Assembly (NCBI GenBank): GCA_018238625.1
Contig: JABCSY010000122.1
Location: 1-10,952 of the forward strand
Source of the DNA: Promethearchaeota archaeon
GTDB taxonomy: Archaea; Asgardarchaeota; Lokiarchaeia; Sigyniarchaeales; SOKP01
Reading direction: 5' to 3'
DNA length: 10,952 nucleotides
The translations under genes were made by a program, and so were the position numbers. The notes beneath the pieces were generated by a model that was not told where the DNA came from, did not search any database, and saw only the letters and a program-made list of their open reading frames with translations. Shown here piece by piece: positions 5,726 through 10,952 of the stretch. Positions within the stretch are counted from its first letter, which is position 1. Each line of letters starts with the position of its first letter.

Positions 5726-7456
5726 ATGACTCTTCCAGAAGAAGAACAGAAATTTCTCGAATATTTAGAAAAATTAATAGGGGAGCCCATTCCCGAAGTA
5801 CCAGAGCTACAAAGTTATACTTTTGGGTATACTGTTCAAGATAACCATGTGGAAGGTCTAAGCTTGTTTTCGTGTGGATTAACAATAATACCCGAAAAAA
5901 TTACCACACTCACTTATCTAAAAAAACTATTAGTTAGGGGTAATAAGTTAAAAGTAATACCAGAGGAAATTTGTTTTATTTCAGATCTCAACACTTTAGA
6001 TTTAAGCGAAAATAAATTAGTAAAACTACCAAAAGCAATTTATTCTTTAGTTTCACTAAAAGAATTACATTTAGAATCAAATCGATTAACAATTTTACCA
6101 GAGACGATTAGTTCTTTGTCTTCTCTTACATTATTGGACTTAAGTGAAAATTCATTAGACAAAATTCCTGAAACTATAGGGTCATTAAAAAATTTAGAAT
6201 CTTTAGATCTTAGCCAAAATAAAATTGATGAACTCCCGGATTCTATTGAGGATCTTAAATTTTTAGAACTGTTATATTTAGGAAAAAATAATTTAACCAC
6301 TCTTCCAGAGTCAATGGGTTCTCTAAGTTCTTTAAAAAGGTTAAATTTAAGAAATAACAAATTAAGTAAATTACCTAATGCTATTGGTAATTTATCGTCG
6401 TTGTCGTCACTATTCTTAAAAGGAAATAATTTAACGTATGTACCTGATTCAATAGGTAACTTAAAAAATCTTAAATATTTAGGATTAGCGTCAAATAAGC
6501 TACCTTTACTTCCTGAAACAATTGGCTCTCTTAAATCATTGGAAAGTTTAAACATATCTTATAATTATCTAACGGAACTTCCCAATTCAATGGGTCATCT
6601 TAAATCTCTTCTAAGATTAGAAATTTCTAGTAATGAATTAACTCAATTACCGAATATGGATAATTTAAGCTCAATTAAAATATTGAAGTTTGATAGAAAC
6701 AATCTTAAATTCCTTCATAATTCTATAAATAATTTGACTACTCTTGAAACGTTGAAAGTTGATCGAAATGAATTAAAAGAACTTCCCGATTCAATTGGGC
6801 AACTAAAATCTTTAAAAGAATTGGATTTATACGATAATAAACTAATAAAACTTCCAGAATCCATAGGAAATTTATCTTCTCTTGAAGTATTAGATTTAAG
6901 CAAAAACCAATTATCGATTTTACCTGAGTCAATAGGATTATTGTCTTCTTTAAGAGAACTTGATATTTCAACTAATAAATTAACCAGTTTAATACCAACT
7001 ATCGGTAAATTACCGCTTTTAAAGAATTTAATAATAGGATTTAATAGATTAGAAACAATTCCAGACACTATAGGGTCTTTATCAACTTTAGAAACCTTAG
7101 ATTTGGGAAAAAATACAATAAAAGAAATTCCCGCTTCAATTGGTTCTCTTCGATCTCTTAAAAGACTGTACTTATATTATAACGATCTGAATGAAATACC
7201 TGCATCGATTGGTGACCTTGAAAAATTAAAGTATCTCTACTTAGGAAACAATAAATTAACAAAAATTCCAGAAACAATTGGTAATTTAAAATCCTTAAAA
7301 TACTTATTTTTAAGAACTAATTACATAACAGAAATACCAGAATCAATAGATTCTCTTACTTCACTTCAATATTTAAATATTGAACGTAATAACCTAGCTA
7401 AATTTCCTCCGTCGTTAGAAAAACTAGAAGATCGTGAAGTGAAAATCTTTAAGTAA
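5726..7456 (+). CDS. Stand-alone leucine-rich repeat protein (23 LRRs)
   Basis: 40-aa N-cap, then 23 repeats of consensus xLxxLxLxxNxLxxLPxSIGxLx, then an 8-aa tail. No signal peptide, TM segment, Roc/COR or kinase domain. Confidence 0.95.
   Translation: MTLPEEEQKFLEYLEKLIGEPIPEVPELQSYTFGYTVQDNHVEGLSLFSCGLTIIPEKITTLTYLKKLLVRGNKLKVIPEEICFISDLNTLDLSENKLVKLPKAIYSLVSLKELHLESNRLTILPETISSLSSLTLLDLSENSLDKIPETIGSLKNLESLDLSQNKIDELPDSIEDLKFLELLYLGKNNLTTLPESMGSLSSLKRLNLRNNKLSKLPNAIGNLSSLSSLFLKGNNLTYVPDSIGNLKNLKYLGLASNKLPLLPETIGSLKSLESLNISYNYLTELPNSMGHLKSLLRLEISSNELTQLPNMDNLSSIKILKFDRNNLKFLHNSINNLTTLETLKVDRNELKELPDSIGQLKSLKELDLYDNKLIKLPESIGNLSSLEVLDLSKNQLSILPESIGLLSSLRELDISTNKLTSLIPTIGKLPLLKNLIIGFNRLETIPDTIGSLSTLETLDLGKNTIKEIPASIGSLRSLKRLYLYYNDLNEIPASIGDLEKLKYLYLGNNKLTKIPETIGNLKSLKYLFLRTNYITEIPESIDSLTSLQYLNIERNNLAKFPPSLEKLEDREVKIFK
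5846..7429 (+). repeat. Coding tandem repeat array: 23 LRR units of 69 bp (one unit of 66 bp at 6605-6670)
   Basis: Manual parsing of the translation: 22 units of 23 aa and one of 22 aa. Units are diverged at the DNA level. Confidence 0.9.
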
Positions 7457-7608
7457 AAAAAATATCAATTTTTAGGAAATTTTAAATGAATTCTTATAAA
7501 TTTAGATATGAATATTTAATATTTAAAGAATTAATAATCGTATATAGATTAAAATAATTAATCGAAATCCCTTCGGTTAAAATTAAAAATATTAAACATA
7601 AAACTTGA

Positions 7609-7614
7609 AAGGTG
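7609..7614 (+). promoter_or_regulatory. Ribosome-binding site AAGGTG for the AOR gene
   Basis: SD-like hexamer 8 nt upstream of ATG 7623. Confidence 0.5.
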
Positions 7615-7622
7615 TTATTTAA

Positions 7623-9461
7623 ATGAAAGGTTTTGTTGGAAAAATTTTAATAGTTAATTTAAGTAGCAAAGAGATTAGTGAAGAATTGATTGACGATTCT
7701 ATCGCAGAGAAGTTTCTCGGAGGCGCTGGATATGCGTGTAGATATTTATACGACAAAATTGACAAAACTACTGACCCACTTTCGCCAGATAATATATTAA
7801 TGTTTATGACAGGACTTTTTTGTGGATCTAACGCTCCTACTAGTGGAAGGTTCGTTGCCTGTTCTAAATCACCTCTAACAGGAATTTGGGGCGAATCCAA
7901 TTGTGGTGGTTTCTTTGGTCCGGAATTAAGAAAAACAGGTTTCGACGGAATAGTTATTAAAGGAGCCTCTGAAAACCCAGTCTATTTAGAAATAAACGAA
8001 AATGGAGCTGAGATCAAAGATGCTTCTAGCTTATGGGGGAAGGGAATATTTGAGACTTCGAAAGTATTAAAGGAAAAATCAGGTTCACAACTAACGCGAA
8101 TTTGTTGTATAGGGCAAGCAGGCGAGAATCTGGTAAAATTTGCTATCATTGGCTCAGAGGAAAAAGCTTTAGGAAGAACTGGTATGGGTGCAGTAATGGG
8201 CTCAAAAAAATTGAAAGCGATAACGGTTAGAGGTCCAAAAAGACCATATGAAACTGCTGAACCAGACAAATTTAAGGAAACTGTTAAAGCTACAACTGAA
8301 GATATCAACGCTTCATTCGCAACAGGTATGCTCGGAATTCTCGGTACATCTGGGGGAGTTGATATGTATAATGTAGATGGTGAATTGCCGATAAAATATT
8401 GGACACAAGGAACGTGGGAGGGAGCATTCAATATTTCAGGCTCTACTGCTTCTGAAAAGATATTCACAGGAAGTTATCCCTGCTTTGCGTGCCCAATAGG
8501 CTGCGCTAAGAAAGGTATGGTCAAAGAGGGTCAATATAAAACCGACTTTGAGTTTGAGGCCGCAGAATATGAAACTGTAGCTGGGTTTGGATCCATGTTA
8601 TTAAATGAGGATCTTGGAGCAATTCAAAAAGCCAATTACCTATGTAACGATTACGGTGTAGATACTATTAGCGGTAGTAGCACGATAGCATTCATCTATT
8701 ATCTCTATAATAACGGAAAAATAAATTCTGATGATATTAACGGATTAGAACCAAAATGGGGAGAAATTGTTCCTGCTCTTGAGTTAATTAAAAAAATAGC
8801 TTTTAGAGAGGGAATTGGAGATGTAATGGCCGAAGGCTCAGATAAAGTCGGTGAAAAATTTAAGATTCCTCAAGATGAAATTGCTACAGTTTATGGAATG
8901 GAAATTCCTTATCATGACTTACGAAGGAACTATGGAATGGCAGTAAGTTACGCCTTAGGTACATCACGGGGACCTTGCCACACATCTTGCGACGCCTATT
9001 ACGTCATATTAGGAATGCCCTTCAGCGAATTTGGAATTCAGTCAAATATTGATTCATATCAAGATGATGCTCCAATGGCAGAATTTTGCGCTAGAATTCA
9101 AGATTATCGCGCAATATACAGTTCGTTAATTATGTGTTCGTTTGCCAATCCGGCTCCTTCATTGGTCATTAACATGCTAAAAGCAGTAACGGGCTTAGAT
9201 CTCGATATTGAGAAGCTTAAGGCGTTAGGAGAAAGGATTTACATGGTGAAGCGTTTATTTAATTTAAAAATGGGAATTACTCCAGCAGATGATAGATTAC
9301 CAAAAATCGTTCTCAATCCCGTAAATGAAGGAGGCTCTGCAGGTAAGACTCCTAATTTTGAACAATTAAAAGAAGCCTATTATAAATATAGAACATTTGA
9401 TTCTAAAACTGGTTATCCAAAACAAGATAAACTAGAAAAATTAGGACTAAATAATCTTTAA
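7623..9461 (+). CDS. aor: Tungsten-dependent aldehyde:ferredoxin oxidoreductase family protein
   Basis: KSPLTG, ESNCGG, GQAGENLVKFA, GMGAVMGSKKLKAI, the [4Fe-4S] motif CFACPIGC plus a distal Cys (IMCSF), EYET, DTIS and DDRLP; 612 aa. Confidence 0.93.
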   Translation: MKGFVGKILIVNLSSKEISEELIDDSIAEKFLGGAGYACRYLYDKIDKTTDPLSPDNILMFMTGLFCGSNAPTSGRFVACSKSPLTGIWGESNCGGFFGPELRKTGFDGIVIKGASENPVYLEINENGAEIKDASSLWGKGIFETSKVLKEKSGSQLTRICCIGQAGENLVKFAIIGSEEKALGRTGMGAVMGSKKLKAITVRGPKRPYETAEPDKFKETVKATTEDINASFATGMLGILGTSGGVDMYNVDGELPIKYWTQGTWEGAFNISGSTASEKIFTGSYPCFACPIGCAKKGMVKEGQYKTDFEFEAAEYETVAGFGSMLLNEDLGAIQKANYLCNDYGVDTISGSSTIAFIYYLYNNGKINSDDINGLEPKWGEIVPALELIKKIAFREGIGDVMAEGSDKVGEKFKIPQDEIATVYGMEIPYHDLRRNYGMAVSYALGTSRGPCHTSCDAYYVILGMPFSEFGIQSNIDSYQDDAPMAEFCARIQDYRAIYSSLIMCSFANPAPSLVINMLKAVTGLDLDIEKLKALGERIYMVKRLFNLKMGITPADDRLPKIVLNPVNEGGSAGKTPNFEQLKEAYYKYRTFDSKTGYPKQDKLEKLGLNNL

Positions 9462-9465
9462 ACAC

Positions 9466-9490
9466 TTTTTTTTCTTTTCTTTTATTTTCT
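9466..9490 (+). terminator. Putative oligo-T terminator after aor
   Basis: T8-C-T4-C-T4-A-T4 immediately after the stop codon, in the convergent gap with ywbE. Confidence 0.55.
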
Positions 9491-9514
9491 AATATCCATT
9501 CTACAATTAATATG

Positions 9515-9712
9515 TTAAAAGCTAACTATTTTTTTTACTCGCCCAATTTCACCGCTCCTCAACCGAACTTTAATCCCATAATGGTGATTAGGAGAATTTG
9601 TAAGCACATTTCTGACTATACCCTCGGTTAACTTACCAGATCGCTGATCTTTTTTTAATACGATTAAAACTCGCATGCCTGATTTGATATCTACTCGCTT
9701 TGTTCCCTTCAA
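9515..9712 (-). CDS. ywbE: YwbE family (DUF2196) small basic protein
   Basis: 65 aa, TTG start. The pattern IVLKKDQRSGKLTEGIV-x2-VLTNS-x2-H-x2-GIKVRL-x2-GEIGRV is the YwbE signature. Confidence 0.88.
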   Translation of the reverse strand: MKGTKRVDIKSGMRVLIVLKKDQRSGKLTEGIVRNVLTNSPNHHYGIKVRLRSGEIGRVKKIVSF

Positions 9713-9919
9713 TTTAATTGCTCAAGTTATTTGTAGGTCTTTTTTAATACGAAAATAGTTCCCTTCATTTTATCTTTTGCTTTTATCGCCTCATTATTGC
9801 TAATTCTTCAAGAACATATTATTTTTGTAGTATCTTCGATATTTTTTCAAGTAAGGAGGATCTTTTTATAAAATTTGAATTCCATTTGAAATATTTTTTA
9901 GTGGTATGATTCATTTACT

Positions 9920-9933
9920 TTAAAAAATATATA
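9920..9933 (+). promoter_or_regulatory. Candidate BRE/TATA element for a leaderless hutU transcript
   Basis: TTAAAAAATATATA ending ~23 nt upstream of ATG 9956; no SD in front of that ATG. Confidence 0.3.
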
Positions 9934-9955
9934 CATGTTGATGTTAGTTAATAAT

Positions 9956-10952
9956 ATGGATCCTTCAAAAGCTATGAAAATTAAATTATCAGATGAATTA
10001 CCTCCAGATCCCTTCTTTAAAGAGGATATCCGAAGGGCGCCTAATCGTGGTTATGACTTGAATCGTGATGAGACGATAATTGCGTTAAAAAATGCTTTGC
10101 GATATATACCTGAAAAATTACATGAACGACTTGCTCCTGAATATTTAGATGAGTTAATTAATAGAGGACGAATATACGCTTATCGATATCGACCCGTGGG
10201 ACAAATAAAAGCTAAACCTGTTGATGAGTACAAGGGTATTTTAGAAGCTCGTGCGATACAATTAATGATTGATAATAATTTAGATTTTAACGTAGCTCTT
10301 TATCCATATGAACTCGTTACATATGGCGAAAGTGGGCAGGTCTGCCAAAATTGGATGCAGTACCGATTAATTAAAAAATATCTCGAAGTAATAAGTGAAG
10401 AACAAACCCTTGTGGTTATGTCAGGGCACCCTCTTGGTTTATTTCCCAGTAAAAGAGAAGCTCCGAGAGTAATTATGACGAATGGTTTGATGGTTGGCAT
10501 GTTTGATACACCCAAAGAATTCAAACGAGTTTCAGCTTTAGGTGTGGCAAATTACGGTCAAATGACTGCGGGAGGATGGATGTATATAGGTCCTCAAGGG
10601 ATTGTTCATGGAACTTACATCACACTGCTAAATGCAGGTCGGCTTTATTTAAAAATACCTGCTAATGAAGGACTTAAAGGACTTCTCTATTTAACTTCTG
10701 GATTGGGAGGTATGAGTGGAGCTCAGGCGAAAGCAACTGAAATCTCGGGTGGTATAGGGGTTATCGCTGAAGTTGACGATTCCCGAATTAAAACTCGCTA
10801 TGAGCAAGGATGGGTTAGCAAAACTTCGAGCAATCTTGAAGAAATTTTTAGTTGGGTTGAAGAATATAGAAAAAAGAAAGAACCAATTTCAATTGCGTAT
10901 CATGGTAACATTGTTGATATCTGGAAATATGTAGTAGAAAACAACATTAAAG
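9956..10952 (+). CDS. hutU: Urocanate hydratase, long form (3'-truncated by window edge)
   Basis: Own translation, open to the window end: MDPSKAMKIKL...ALKNALRY...GRIYAYRYRP...MIDNNLD...YPYELVTYG...QNWMQY...SGHPLGLF...YGQMTAGGWMYIGPQGIVHGT...TSGLGGMSGAQAKA. Alternative in-frame ATGs at 9935, 9941 and 9974. Confidence 0.95.
   Translation, partial: MDPSKAMKIKLSDELPPDPFFKEDIRRAPNRGYDLNRDETIIALKNALRYIPEKLHERLAPEYLDELINRGRIYAYRYRPVGQIKAKPVDEYKGILEARAIQLMIDNNLDFNVALYPYELVTYGESGQVCQNWMQYRLIKKYLEVISEEQTLVVMSGHPLGLFPSKREAPRVIMTNGLMVGMFDTPKEFKRVSALGVANYGQMTAGGWMYIGPQGIVHGTYITLLNAGRLYLKIPANEGLKGLLYLTSGLGGMSGAQAKATEISGGIGVIAEVDDSRIKTRYEQGWVSKTSSNLEEIFSWVEEYRKKKEPISIAYHGNIVDIWKYVVENNIK

Noticed and set aside
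5694-7068. Minus-strand ORFs 5694-5885, 6040-6555, 6715-7068 and 6738-6971, some with repetitive PIESG/PIDSG motifs
   Set aside because: Antisense to the LRR gene; the periodicity is simply the reverse complement of the LPxSIG codons.
5846-7429. LRR array as a CRISPR array, DGR target or recent DNA tandem amplification
   Set aside because: Units are coding and diverged at the DNA level; there are no identical repeats with unique spacers, no template/variable repeat pair and no reverse transcriptase in the window.
7619-8467. Minus-strand ORFs 7619-7900 and 7982-8467
   Set aside because: Antisense shadows of the well-supported aor gene.
9727-9885. Minus-strand frame from ATG 9885 to TAA 9727 interrupted only by two TGA codons (possible selenocysteine readthrough or pseudogene)
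   Set aside because: The product is short, resembles no family I know, lacks a convincing redox motif, and I see no SECIS-like structure; stops at this density are expected in AT-rich spacer DNA.
10300-10524. 74-aa minus-strand ORF
   Set aside because: Antisense to hutU, which occupies the plus strand with strong motifs.

Overview
AT-rich, archaeal-looking window. Gene content and style (archaeal/eukaryotic-type TyrRS, Vps29-like protein, stand-alone 23-residue LRR protein, W-AOR, SCP2-like protein, oligo-T terminators, AGGTG-type RBS) suggest an Asgard archaeon, probably Lokiarchaeia; this is an inference, not a database result. Gene order: 3' end of pyruvate phosphate dikinase (+), tyrS (+) almost abutting a Vps29/YfcE-like metallophosphoesterase (+), an orphan 7-TM membrane protein (+) overlapped by an unannotated ~91-aa ORF with no canonical start codon (+), a convergent SCP2-like protein (-), iron-containing alcohol dehydrogenase (+), a 23-repeat LRR protein (+), aldehyde:ferredoxin oxidoreductase (+), YwbE/DUF2196 small protein (-), and the 5' part of a long-form urocanate hydratase (+, absent from the ORF track because it runs off the window). 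The best candidate for an undescribed system is the translationally coupled pair of a non-rhodopsin N-out/C-in 7-TM protein and a small helical partner, preceded by a palindromic operator-like element. No RNA genes, CRISPR arrays or mobile elements were seen.
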